NCBI GenBank assembly: GCA_965228735.1
Contig: OZ245838.1
Coordinates: forward strand, 1,184,001-1,248,000
DNA from: Planctomycetota bacterium
GTDB lineage: Bacteria; Planctomycetota; UBA1135; UBA2386
Reading direction: 5' to 3'
Length of the DNA stretch: 64,000 nucleotides
The notes under the pieces were generated by a model. The model saw nothing but the letters and a program-made list of their open reading frames with translations. It was not told where the DNA came from and ran no database searches. Positions 18,547 to 27,097 of the stretch are shown here, piece by piece; position 1 is the stretch's first letter, and each line of letters opens with the position of its first letter. The translations under genes were made by a program, and so were the position numbers.

Positions 18547-20298
18547 ATGAATCCGGACAGCGACACGAACGACTTCGACGGCCTCGACGCGCGGCGCGGT
18601 CTCGCCCCTCGGGACGAGAACGGCGCGGGCTCGGACCTCGAGCCGATCGACCTGCTGTTGCGTGCGGGCAGCCCGGAGGAGCTGCAGGGCTTCCGCGATC
18701 GCGTCGGCCAGGATCCGCTGCTCGCGCTCGAGCTCGCGGACACGGTCGCGCTCGTCGAGCGGCTGCGGACGGTGCGCGTCGAACCGGATGCCGCGTTCGC
18801 GGGCAAACTCGCGGATGTCGTGCAGCGCGCCGAACGGCGCATGACGCCGGAGAACCAAGCCGGGCCGTGGCTCGCCGCGGCGGCGCTGATGATCGTCACG
18901 TTCGGCCTGCTCGCGTGGCTCGACCCGCTCGACCTGCGGCGCGACGACGCGGTGACCGGCGGGATGGCGGCGCTGCTCGCGAACGCCCCCCTCGGTAATA
19001 CTCCACTAGGCGGCGCAGCCGCAGCCGTGCAGGCCGGGGTCGCCGGGGCGACGGATGACGATCGGACGCCGACGGACGAGACCACGACTGGGTCGCAGAA
19101 CCGCGCCGACGCCGCGGCCTCGCCGGCTCGACGTGACGGCTCTGGGCGTCACAGAGCTGGGTTCGATTCGGAGCGCTCGCGGGCCGAGCGACCTGTACCG
19201 GAGCTGCCGGCGGTGGCATTCGACGAGGTGCCGACCGCCGACGAGATCGAGCACGAGGATGCGCTGCGCGTGATCCGCGAACGGTTCGAGATCGAATCGG
19301 CCGAGCACATGACCGCGGCGCTCGATCGCGCCCTGGCGGCAGCCGAGCCGTCCTCGGCCGACCAGCTCTCACGCTGGCTCGATCCGCAGAATGCGCTCGC
19401 CCGGCTCGCGCTCGATCACGAACTGCGCGAGAGTGTGGAAGTGCGGCGCGCGGCGCTGCGCAGCCTCGGCGCGATGATCGCGGCCGACAAGCGCGCGCAA
19501 GACCTGGCGGACGGCGTCGCGTCGGAGCTGCGCGCCGATGACGGCTCGCTGTCGACGACGACGGTCGCCCTCGGCGTGCGCGCGATCGTGGCCGCGGGGG
19601 CTTCGTCCCCGAACCGCCGCGCCGCGCTCGAACGGGGCACCGCGCGACTCGCGCGCGACGTGTCGCAGCTGATCGGCGGGGAGCGGGCGGCGGTGCTCGC
19701 GGCGCTCGTCGAATCGGCCGCGGTCGAACGCGTCCACGCGGGCGGCATCCGCGCGACCGGCGAAGCACTCGTCGACGAAGTGCTCAAGCTCGACGACGAG
19801 ACCTGGCGCCGCCGGCGGCCGGAACTGCTGTCCGCCCGCGTCGCGGCCGCGACGATCGGCGAAGCGGGCCGCACGCTGGCGCTGTTGCCCGCGTTCGGCG
19901 TGACCGGGGAACGCTGCACGCTCGTGCGGCGACTGCTCCTCGGCGAGTTGTGGGAACGGCGCAGCCGCACGGCCGGTGAGCGCCCCGAGGTCCTCGCCGC
20001 GATGCTCTACGGCTTCGCCGACCTGCTCGGGGACCGCGACTGCAACGAGCTCGTGCGGCAGCTGCGCCGCTGGAAGCCGGCGCATCTCGCGCCGGACTTC
20101 ATCACGGTGCAGCAGACGGCGTGGGGCGTCGAGCCCGGCCGCCTCGGCTTCACGGCGCTGCAGCGTGACCTGCGTCAGCTCGTGATCCTGCCCGAGCCGG
20201 TGGACCTGGCGCAGCGCGCGACACTCTGCATGTGCCTCGCGACGAACTACGCCGCGCACCGCGCCGAGTCACTGGCGCGGTTCACCGGCGGCCGCTGA
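18547..20298 (+). CDS. Putative anti-sigma-like membrane protein with large helical extracytoplasmic domain
   Basis: Directly downstream of the ECF sigma; short N-terminal domain, single TM (WLAAAALMIVTFGLLAWL), low-complexity linker, helical C-terminal region. Confidence 0.55.
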   Translation: MNPDSDTNDFDGLDARRGLAPRDENGAGSDLEPIDLLLRAGSPEELQGFRDRVGQDPLLALELADTVALVERLRTVRVEPDAAFAGKLADVVQRAERRMTPENQAGPWLAAAALMIVTFGLLAWLDPLDLRRDDAVTGGMAALLANAPLGNTPLGGAAAAVQAGVAGATDDDRTPTDETTTGSQNRADAAASPARRDGSGRHRAGFDSERSRAERPVPELPAVAFDEVPTADEIEHEDALRVIRERFEIESAEHMTAALDRALAAAEPSSADQLSRWLDPQNALARLALDHELRESVEVRRAALRSLGAMIAADKRAQDLADGVASELRADDGSLSTTTVALGVRAIVAAGASSPNRRAALERGTARLARDVSQLIGGERAAVLAALVESAAVERVHAGGIRATGEALVDEVLKLDDETWRRRRPELLSARVAAATIGEAGRTLALLPAFGVTGERCTLVRRLLLGELWERRSRTAGERPEVLAAMLYGFADLLGDRDCNELVRQLRRWKPAHLAPDFITVQQTAWGVEPGRLGFTALQRDLRQLVILPEPVDLAQRATLCMCLATNYAAHRAESLARFTGGR

Positions 20299-20409
20299 GT
20301 CCGCGCTCCGGAACGCCGAGGATCGCCCGAGCGGGCCAGCCCCGGTCAGTTTTGGCTGGGCTCGCGTGCCACCACCGGGTACTTCCGTTGCTGCACGTAG
20401 CGACGGTCC

Positions 20410-21990
20410 ATGAATCGAACACCACTCGTCCTCGTCTGCGCTCTCGCTTGCATGGCTTTGTTGCGGGGTCAGCAAGGCGGCCGGCCCGATGCGGCCGCCA
20501 CGGGTGGTCCGGATCCGCAGCCAGGCGTTCGTGAGCAGGACCCGCAAGAATCCGCGCCCGTCCCGACCGACGCCGAGGCCGATCAGCGCGGCAGTCCCGT
20601 CCGCGCCCTGTCGCTCGAGGATGCGATGCGCCTCGGCCGCACCAACAACGCCGACCTGCAGGCCGCCGAGCTGCTGCCGGAACAGGCGCGCCTGGATCTG
20701 CTGTTCGCCGAGGCGGGTTTCGAGCCCGAGGCGTACGCGAACGCGACGTACAGCGAGTCCGCGTCGCCCCAGCGCAACGCGTTCCAGCCGTCGGTGCAGC
20801 GCGAGCAGATCGACGCCACGCTCGGTTGGCGCCAGCGCGTCGTGACCGGCGGCTTGTTCGACCTCGCGTTCCGGCCCGCGCGCCTCGTGACGTCCGGCTC
20901 GGCCGCGTTCCCCGACAAGCTCTACACGGCCGAGTGGTCCGCGAGCTTTCGGCAGCCGCTGCTGCGCGGAGCGTGGACGGACTACAACCTCGGTCCGGTC
21001 AACTCGGCGCGCTACGCCGCGACCCAGGCGCGGCATGATTTTGACTTCGCGGTGCAGGACACGCTGATCGCGATCGTCGAGGCCTACTGGGAACTCGTGT
21101 TCGCGCGCGAGAACTGGCGCGTGGTCGGTTCGGCGCTCGCGGTCGCGGAAGAACAGCTCCGCATCACCGACGAGCGCATCCGCGTTCGGCAGCTCGCGGC
21201 CCGTGACCGCATCGCGGACGAAGCCGAGGTCGCGCGTCGGCGCGAGGAGCTCATCGTCGCGGAGAACTCGATCCGCACGCGTGAGGACGATCTGCGCCGC
21301 CTGCTCTTCGAGTCCTCGGACCCGCGGTTCTGGCAGGTCAACCTGCGCCCGATCAGCCCGATCGACATCGAACCGCCGCAGGAGCAACGCGCGTTCGAAC
21401 CGCTCGTCGGCGTCGCGATCGCCAATCGGCCGGACCTGCGCAGTCAGCGGGCCGCGATCGCGCAGGCCGAGGTCGCGCAGCTGCAGGCCGAACGCGACAC
21501 CCTGCCGGGGCTCGAGCTCGTCGGCAATTGGTCGAGCGACGGCGCCCGTGACAGCTTCCATCGCGCCTACGGCGACACGGTGAACTTCAACTTCCCGGAC
21601 TGGAGCGTCGGCCTCGAGTTCGCGATGCCGATCGGCAACAGCGCCGCGGAGGCCACGCAGCGCCGCGCCCAGCTCGAGGTCGAGCGCCAGCGCCGGCAGC
21701 TGCACGCGGCCACCCTGGAGGCCACGCGCGAAGTGCGGGCCGCAGCGCGCAACCTCAACACCCTCTCGGAGAGCATCCGGGCGAGCGCCGAATCGGTGCG
21801 GCTGGCGCAGAGCGACCTCGAGACGGAGCAGGTCAAGCTGCGCGTCGGCTCGTCGACCGCGTTCGAGGTGCAGCAGCGCAATCAGGATCTGCGGGAGGCT
21901 CGATCGCGGCACCTGCGCAACCTGCTGGACTACCACGTGGCCGAGAGCCGGCTGCTCTACGTCCAGGGCATTCTCGAAACGCCGCGCTGA
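20410..21990 (+). CDS. TolC family outer-membrane efflux protein
   Basis: Signal peptide, LSLEDAM..G..NN.DL, FRQPLLRG, AYWEL, A..NRPDL, WSVGLEF.MPIGN, KLRVG.ST.FEV. Confidence 0.88.
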   Translation: MNRTPLVLVCALACMALLRGQQGGRPDAAATGGPDPQPGVREQDPQESAPVPTDAEADQRGSPVRALSLEDAMRLGRTNNADLQAAELLPEQARLDLLFAEAGFEPEAYANATYSESASPQRNAFQPSVQREQIDATLGWRQRVVTGGLFDLAFRPARLVTSGSAAFPDKLYTAEWSASFRQPLLRGAWTDYNLGPVNSARYAATQARHDFDFAVQDTLIAIVEAYWELVFARENWRVVGSALAVAEEQLRITDERIRVRQLAARDRIADEAEVARRREELIVAENSIRTREDDLRRLLFESSDPRFWQVNLRPISPIDIEPPQEQRAFEPLVGVAIANRPDLRSQRAAIAQAEVAQLQAERDTLPGLELVGNWSSDGARDSFHRAYGDTVNFNFPDWSVGLEFAMPIGNSAAEATQRRAQLEVERQRRQLHAATLEATREVRAAARNLNTLSESIRASAESVRLAQSDLETEQVKLRVGSSTAFEVQQRNQDLREARSRHLRNLLDYHVAESRLLYVQGILETPR

Positions 21991-22021
21991 TGGCCGCTCG
22001 GCGCCCATCCCCCAGACCCCC

Positions 22022-22090
22022 GGTTGGGCCAGGTTGGGTCCGGCTGGGCCTGGTTGCGCCTCGTTGGGCCCGGCCGCGCCGGGTTGGCGG
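22022..22090. repeat. Degenerate ~10-bp tandem repeat (GGTTGGGCCN-like), intergenic
   Basis: ggttgggcca ggttgggtcc ggctgggcct ggttgcgcct cgttgggccc ... Confidence 0.6.
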
Positions 22091-22155
22091 CGAGTCCCGC
22101 CGCCGGCTTGCCGATAGGGAGTTTTGACCCGTGACGGTCGGTTGTTCCTGAACTA

Positions 22156-23913
22156 ATGCCACTCCCGATGCCGCGTTCGCTGTCCGCCTTTCGTTCCCCC
22201 CGGTCGGGTGCCCTGCCATGGCAGCGCGGGCTCGGCGCCGTGGCCGCGGCGATCCTGTTCGTCGGTTCCGCGATGACCCAGGTGGTGGCTCAGGCACCGC
22301 TCGAGGCGCAGGCGCCGCGCGTCAGCCAGTCGGACAACCCGTACGGCCTGCAGCCGTTCTACCCCGACTTCCCGGTCACGCTCGACTATCCGGACCACAC
22401 CAACATCGAATACGACCGCACGCGGCGCCAGGTCGTGGAGCGCATCGTCAAGAACCTCGAAGGCGCGGGCCGGCGCGAGGCCTGGAAGTTCGCGACCGAG
22501 TTCTTCTGGAACGCGACGGACGAGTTCATCGAGCCGCTGATCGAGGAGATGGACCGCGCACTGCTCGATCCGAGCCGCACGGACATGGTGCGCAACTGCG
22601 CCGAGGCGATGGGGCGGATGGGGCGCCCCGAGTTCGACGCGGCGCTGCGGCGCGCGCTCGAACACAAGAACGACAAGGTCCGGCAAGCGGCGCTCGGCGC
22701 GCTGGCGCGCTCGAGCACGAAGGACACGCTGCGGGGCATGGCACGGCTCTACCCGAGCATGAACGCGCGCGGCCGCCAGGCGTGGCTGCTCGCCGTGCGC
22801 GAACGGCTCGAGCCGGCCGAGGTCGTCGAGATCTACACGCCGCTCATGATGGCCAACGTCGCGCCGTCGATCCGCGACGAGGTCCTCCGCGAGACGATGA
22901 AGCTGCCGCCCGAGTTCGCCGCGCCGATCCTGCGCGGGCGCTGGGACGGGGCGCTCGGTGAGTTCAAGGCGATCATCGCGGGCATCCTGCACGCCGCGGG
23001 GGACACGGCCGGCACGACGTGGCTGCGGGACGCCCTGGGCGGCACGGACCTGCAGACCCTGACCCAGGCCATTCGGCATTCCCGCTTCGGCGAGCTCGGC
23101 CTGCTGCGCAACGACCTGCTGGCGCTGTCGACGCACCCCCGCGGCGACATCCGCCTCGAGCTCGCCCGGCTCCTGCGGCACTACGACGGCGACGACATCG
23201 CCGACGTCTACGAGGTCCTGAGTCAGCCCGAGGAGGCCTGGGAGATCAAGAGCCTGAGCCTGCGCGAGCTGCGCCGGCGTGGTCGAACCGCCGTCGCGAG
23301 CGCGCTGCTCGACGAGGTCAAGACCGCGAAGGGCACGCGCCTCCAGCGGGTGCTCGACATGCTCGGCGCAACGGCCGATCCGCGGGCCGTGCCGATCTTC
23401 AAGCAGCGGTTCGAGGCCGCCCCGGAAGGTGAAGGGCGCCCGTTCCTGCAGTCCCTGGCAGTGCTCGGCGGCGAAGCGTCGGCCCGCGCGATGCTCGACA
23501 TCTTCAAGGCCGAGGAGAAGGTCGTCGATCGCAAGGGCAACGCCGGACAGCTGACGACGATCAACTACATCCCGCTGCTCCTCATGAACGTGCGCGGGAC
23601 CGAGCAGCTCATCGTCGAGACGTTCCAGCAGCTCGACAAGTCCGACTGGCGACGCCGCGCGGCGCTGATGCCGACGATCCTCGGCATGGCCGCCGACAAC
23701 ACCGATCCGATCGTGAGTCAGCAGGCCGCGGAACCGATTCGCGCCGTCCTGTTCGATCGGAGCCAGGCCCCGCAGCTGCGCGTGCTCGCGCTCAACCTGC
23801 TCGCGCGCCGGCACCTCACGGTCGACGACGTGATGAAGCTGAAGAACCGGCGCTTCGACGAACAGCCCGGCCTGCGCACGCTGCTGTCGGACTTCCTCGT
23901 GCTCTTCTTCTGA
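22156..23913 (+). CDS. Exported HEAT-repeat protein
   Basis: N-terminal hydrophobic segment; HEAT-like units (VRNCAEAMGRMG, VRQAALGALAR, LRVLALNLL); start uncertain. Confidence 0.72.
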   Translation: MPLPMPRSLSAFRSPRSGALPWQRGLGAVAAAILFVGSAMTQVVAQAPLEAQAPRVSQSDNPYGLQPFYPDFPVTLDYPDHTNIEYDRTRRQVVERIVKNLEGAGRREAWKFATEFFWNATDEFIEPLIEEMDRALLDPSRTDMVRNCAEAMGRMGRPEFDAALRRALEHKNDKVRQAALGALARSSTKDTLRGMARLYPSMNARGRQAWLLAVRERLEPAEVVEIYTPLMMANVAPSIRDEVLRETMKLPPEFAAPILRGRWDGALGEFKAIIAGILHAAGDTAGTTWLRDALGGTDLQTLTQAIRHSRFGELGLLRNDLLALSTHPRGDIRLELARLLRHYDGDDIADVYEVLSQPEEAWEIKSLSLRELRRRGRTAVASALLDEVKTAKGTRLQRVLDMLGATADPRAVPIFKQRFEAAPEGEGRPFLQSLAVLGGEASARAMLDIFKAEEKVVDRKGNAGQLTTINYIPLLLMNVRGTEQLIVETFQQLDKSDWRRRAALMPTILGMAADNTDPIVSQQAAEPIRAVLFDRSQAPQLRVLALNLLARRHLTVDDVMKLKNRRFDEQPGLRTLLSDFLVLFF

Positions 23914-23943
23914 TCGGGTCGCCCGCTTCGCGGGCAGGCGCGT

Positions 23944-24142
23944 TCAACGTTCGATACGCGCATGCACGATCCAGCGTGGTCCTGCGCAGGACGCGGGCTC
24001 AACGTTCGATACGCGCATGCACGATCCAGCGTGGTCCTGCGCAGGACGCGGGCTCAACGTTCGATACGCGCATGCACGATCCAGCGTGGTCCTGCGCAGG
24101 ACGCGGGCTCAACGTTCGATACGCGCATGCACGATCCAGCGT
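23944..24142. repeat. Perfect 55-bp tandem repeat (3 full copies plus 34-bp partial)
   Basis: Unit tcaacgttcgatacgcgcatgcacgatccagcgtggtcctgcgcaggacgcgggc starts at 23944, 23999, 24054; partial copy at 24109 is the 3' end of the minus-strand CDS. Confidence 0.97.
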
Positions 24143-24732
24143 TCGTCGTCCTGCCCGTAGTAGGACGTCGTCCATTCCCACAGCGCCTGGCGGCGCTGCG
24201 CGCAGCCCGGCCGGGGATGCTTGTCGAGGCCCGCGTACTTGTCCTTGAGGTTGCGGGTGTAGGCGGGCAGCGCGTTGCTCGGGTGGAAGAACACGCTGTG
24301 GGCCGGACCGATCTGGCGCGCTGGCCAGGCCATCACCTCGTAGGCCGGGATCGCGACATCGGACGGGGCCTCGGTGCGCGCGCACGGGCTCGGAGCCAGG
24401 TGGAAGAGGTAGTGCTTGTTCTGCAGGGTGAGCAGCGTGCCGGGGAGCGCAGGCTCGACGACCTCGAGGTCCGCGGTGTAGATGCGCTGGCGTTCGGCGT
24501 GCCGCCAGAACTTCGCGAGCGCGATGTGGGCGTCCTCGGGCGTCAGCTCGAAGTCCCATTCCAGCATCGAATCGAGCAGCAGGGCGGCGATCGTGTCGGC
24601 GCGCTGCTCGACCCGCGAGTTGCGGCGCGCGGTCGCGAACGGGGCCCACAAGCTGCCCGCGAGCAGCGTGACCCCGATCGTCAGATACCAGGTCGCCGGA
24701 TTCAGGAAGCCTGCCCACCGCAGCCGCACCAT
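24109..24732 (-). CDS. Hypothetical membrane-anchored protein (~207 aa)
   Basis: N-terminal TM (WYLTIGVTLLAGSLW); YLFHL...YEVMAWPA..G..SVFF segment weakly recalls DUF2950/pilin-like proteins. Confidence 0.7.
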   Translation of the reverse strand: MVRLRWAGFLNPATWYLTIGVTLLAGSLWAPFATARRNSRVEQRADTIAALLLDSMLEWDFELTPEDAHIALAKFWRHAERQRIYTADLEVVEPALPGTLLTLQNKHYLFHLAPSPCARTEAPSDVAIPAYEVMAWPARQIGPAHSVFFHPSNALPAYTRNLKDKYAGLDKHPRPGCAQRRQALWEWTTSYYGQDDERWIVHARIER

Positions 24733-24754
24733 GCCTGCAGTATCGTGCCGCGCG

Positions 24755-26116
24755 ATGCGTGTTGCCAGACCCGAACTGCCAGCCGAGATCCCCGGCGCCG
24801 TGCGCGCGGTCGTCGATCGCGTCGTCGCGGGCGGCGGCCGGGCCTGGCCGGTGGGTGGGACGGTGCGCGACCTCGTGCGCGGCGTGGCGCCCCGCGACTT
24901 CGACATCGCGACCGACCGCACGCCGGCCGAACTCCTGGCCGTGATCCCCGACGCCGATGCGGCGAACGCGCGCCTCGGCAGCGTGCGGGTCGACACCGCG
25001 GTGGGCGAGGTCAGCCTCACGACGCTGCGCCGGGAGGCCGACTACTCCGATCATCGGCGACCGGACACGGTCGAGTTCGTGCGCGACCTCGACACGGACG
25101 CGGCGCGCCGCGACTTCACGATCAACGCGCTCTACCTCGACTGCGGCGCTGGCGAGATCATCGATCCGACGGGCGGCCTCGCGGACCTCGAGGCCGGCGT
25201 CCTGCGCACGATCGGTGAGCCCGTGACGCGCTTCACGGAAGATCACCTGCGGCTCCTCCGCGCCGTGCGGTTCGCCGCGCGATTCGACCTCACGATCGCG
25301 CCCGCGACCGCGAGCGCGATTCGGCAGACGGCGAACCACCTCGCGACCCTGGCCCCGGAACGCGCGTTCTCCGAGCTCACCGCCATGTTCACGGGTCCGG
25401 GTCGCGGCCGCGCGCTGCGGCTGCTCGTGGAACTCGGCATCGCCGCGGTGCTGCTACCGGAGGTCGCCGCGATGGACGGCGTGACCCAACCGCCGGAGTA
25501 TCATCCCGAGGGCGATGTCCTCACGCACGTCGCACTCGTGCTGGACCATGTGCCCGCGGGCGACGCCGAGCTCGCGTGGGCCGCGGTGCTGCACGACATC
25601 GGCAAGCCGCCGACGTGGCGCCAGGCCAAGGACCGGATCCGATTCGACGGGCACGACGCGCTGTCCGCCCGCATGGCGGTCGACGTGCTGCAGCGCTTCC
25701 GGGCCAGCCGCCGCCTCACCGATCTCGTCGCCGACATCTGTCGCGACCACATCCGGTTCGCAGCGCTGCCGTCGATGCGGCCCCGGCGGCGCGAGCGCTG
25801 GCTGCGGTCTCCGGATTTCGAACGGCACCTCGCGTTCCACCGCGCCGACTGCCTCGGCAGTCACGGCAAGCTGCAGATCCACGACTTCGCGGCGCGCGAA
25901 CTCGCGGCGCTGCCGCCGTTGTCGGAGCCCCTCGTCACCGGCAAGGACGTGCTCGCACTCGGCATTCCGCCGGGTCCGCACGTCGGGAAAATCCTGCGGG
26001 AGGTCGAGGCGCGCGCCGACGAAGCGACCATGCCACCGGACCGTTCGGCCGCGCTCGTCCTGCTGCGAGAAGCGGTCGAGCGCCGACGTCAAGCCGGCGA
26101 GCTCCCGGCCCGATAA
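24755..26116 (+). CDS. cca: CCA tRNA nucleotidyltransferase / poly(A) polymerase family, with HD domain
   Basis: VGGTVRD, DFDIAT, TLRRE..Y.D.RRP, D..RRDFTINA, EDHLRLLRAVRF, YHPEGDV..H, LHDIGKP. Confidence 0.9.
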   Translation: MRVARPELPAEIPGAVRAVVDRVVAGGGRAWPVGGTVRDLVRGVAPRDFDIATDRTPAELLAVIPDADAANARLGSVRVDTAVGEVSLTTLRREADYSDHRRPDTVEFVRDLDTDAARRDFTINALYLDCGAGEIIDPTGGLADLEAGVLRTIGEPVTRFTEDHLRLLRAVRFAARFDLTIAPATASAIRQTANHLATLAPERAFSELTAMFTGPGRGRALRLLVELGIAAVLLPEVAAMDGVTQPPEYHPEGDVLTHVALVLDHVPAGDAELAWAAVLHDIGKPPTWRQAKDRIRFDGHDALSARMAVDVLQRFRASRRLTDLVADICRDHIRFAALPSMRPRRRERWLRSPDFERHLAFHRADCLGSHGKLQIHDFAARELAALPPLSEPLVTGKDVLALGIPPGPHVGKILREVEARADEATMPPDRSAALVLLREAVERRRQAGELPAR

Positions 26117-26164
26117 CGGGAACAGGTCGGATGTCGCGTTCCGCGGCAGCCACCGGGAGGAGAT

Positions 26165-27073
26165 ATGTCGTTCGGCAGTATTGATTCAGACTTCGACCGC
26201 TACCGCAAGAACCGGATCCGGCACCAGACCCGGAAGAGCTCGGTCGGTACCGCCAGCGGCAACCCGTACGAGAACCAGGCGCTGCGCGAGCTCGAACAGG
26301 TCGAGGCACGCGAGCTGCAGGACCGCAAGCTGACGCGCGAGGTCCACGACTTCTTCGCCGACGCGACGCGGCAGGCCGCGACGATCGTCGAACGCATGGC
26401 GCAGCACGCCGAGGCGGAGAACGAGCAGAAGATCGACACCGAGATGGAGTCGTTCCTGCTCGACTCGTTCTCGCGCATGAACGGCCTCGTGATGCACATG
26501 CTGCAGCAGCGCCGCGGCCAGGGCGGGGAAGAGAAGATGGAGCCCAAGGTCGCCAACCTCGTGGGCCAGATGCTCGACGAGTTCCGCTGGGAGGGCACGG
26601 CCGACCTCAGCGACAAGCACATCGGGCAGGATCCGTTCGACACGGACCTCGACGAGGTGCGCCGCGAGTTCTTCGAACAGGTCGGCGAGTCCGAGATGGA
26701 CACGGACAAGACCGATCACGATGCGGCACCGATCGAGGACCACCTCGTCGCGACGGTCGCGGACGACGAGGATGCGCCCGTCCAGACCGCGGACGACATG
26801 CCGCCGGTCGAGGTCGTCGACGAAGCCGACGACGCAGTCGAGGACGAATCGGCGTACGCCGAGAACCAACCGGCACAGCCCGCGCCGCAGCCGGAGGAGG
26901 TCGCCCAGCCGACGGGCGCCGCCGCGGTGGCTGCCGGCAGCCCGTCGCGCGCCGAGCTCGAGCGCTTCCGCGAAGCCCTCAAGAGCCTCGTTCGCCAGGG
27001 CACGATGTCACGCGATGAAGCGCGCGCGGCGTGGTCCGCGCGCCTCGAGAAGCTCGGCCTCGCGCGCGGCTGA
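26165..27073 (+). CDS. Acidic hypothetical protein
   Basis: Strong SD (GGGAGG) before ATG; typical codon usage; helical N-terminus, acidic linker, short helical C-terminal motif. Confidence 0.8.
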   Translation: MSFGSIDSDFDRYRKNRIRHQTRKSSVGTASGNPYENQALRELEQVEARELQDRKLTREVHDFFADATRQAATIVERMAQHAEAENEQKIDTEMESFLLDSFSRMNGLVMHMLQQRRGQGGEEKMEPKVANLVGQMLDEFRWEGTADLSDKHIGQDPFDTDLDEVRREFFEQVGESEMDTDKTDHDAAPIEDHLVATVADDEDAPVQTADDMPPVEVVDEADDAVEDESAYAENQPAQPAPQPEEVAQPTGAAAVAAGSPSRAELERFREALKSLVRQGTMSRDEARAAWSARLEKLGLARG

Positions 27074-27097
27074 GGCGGCGTTCGCGGCGCCGGGCCG

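Noticed and set aside
23944..24142. CRISPR array (34-bp repeat + 21-bp spacer look)
   Set aside because: Spacers are identical, the repeat is the end of a CDS, and there is no leader or cas gene in the window
23962..25339. ORFs translating the 55-bp repeat in several frames
   Set aside because: Unit length is not a multiple of 3; the products are artefacts of the repeat and overlap real genes
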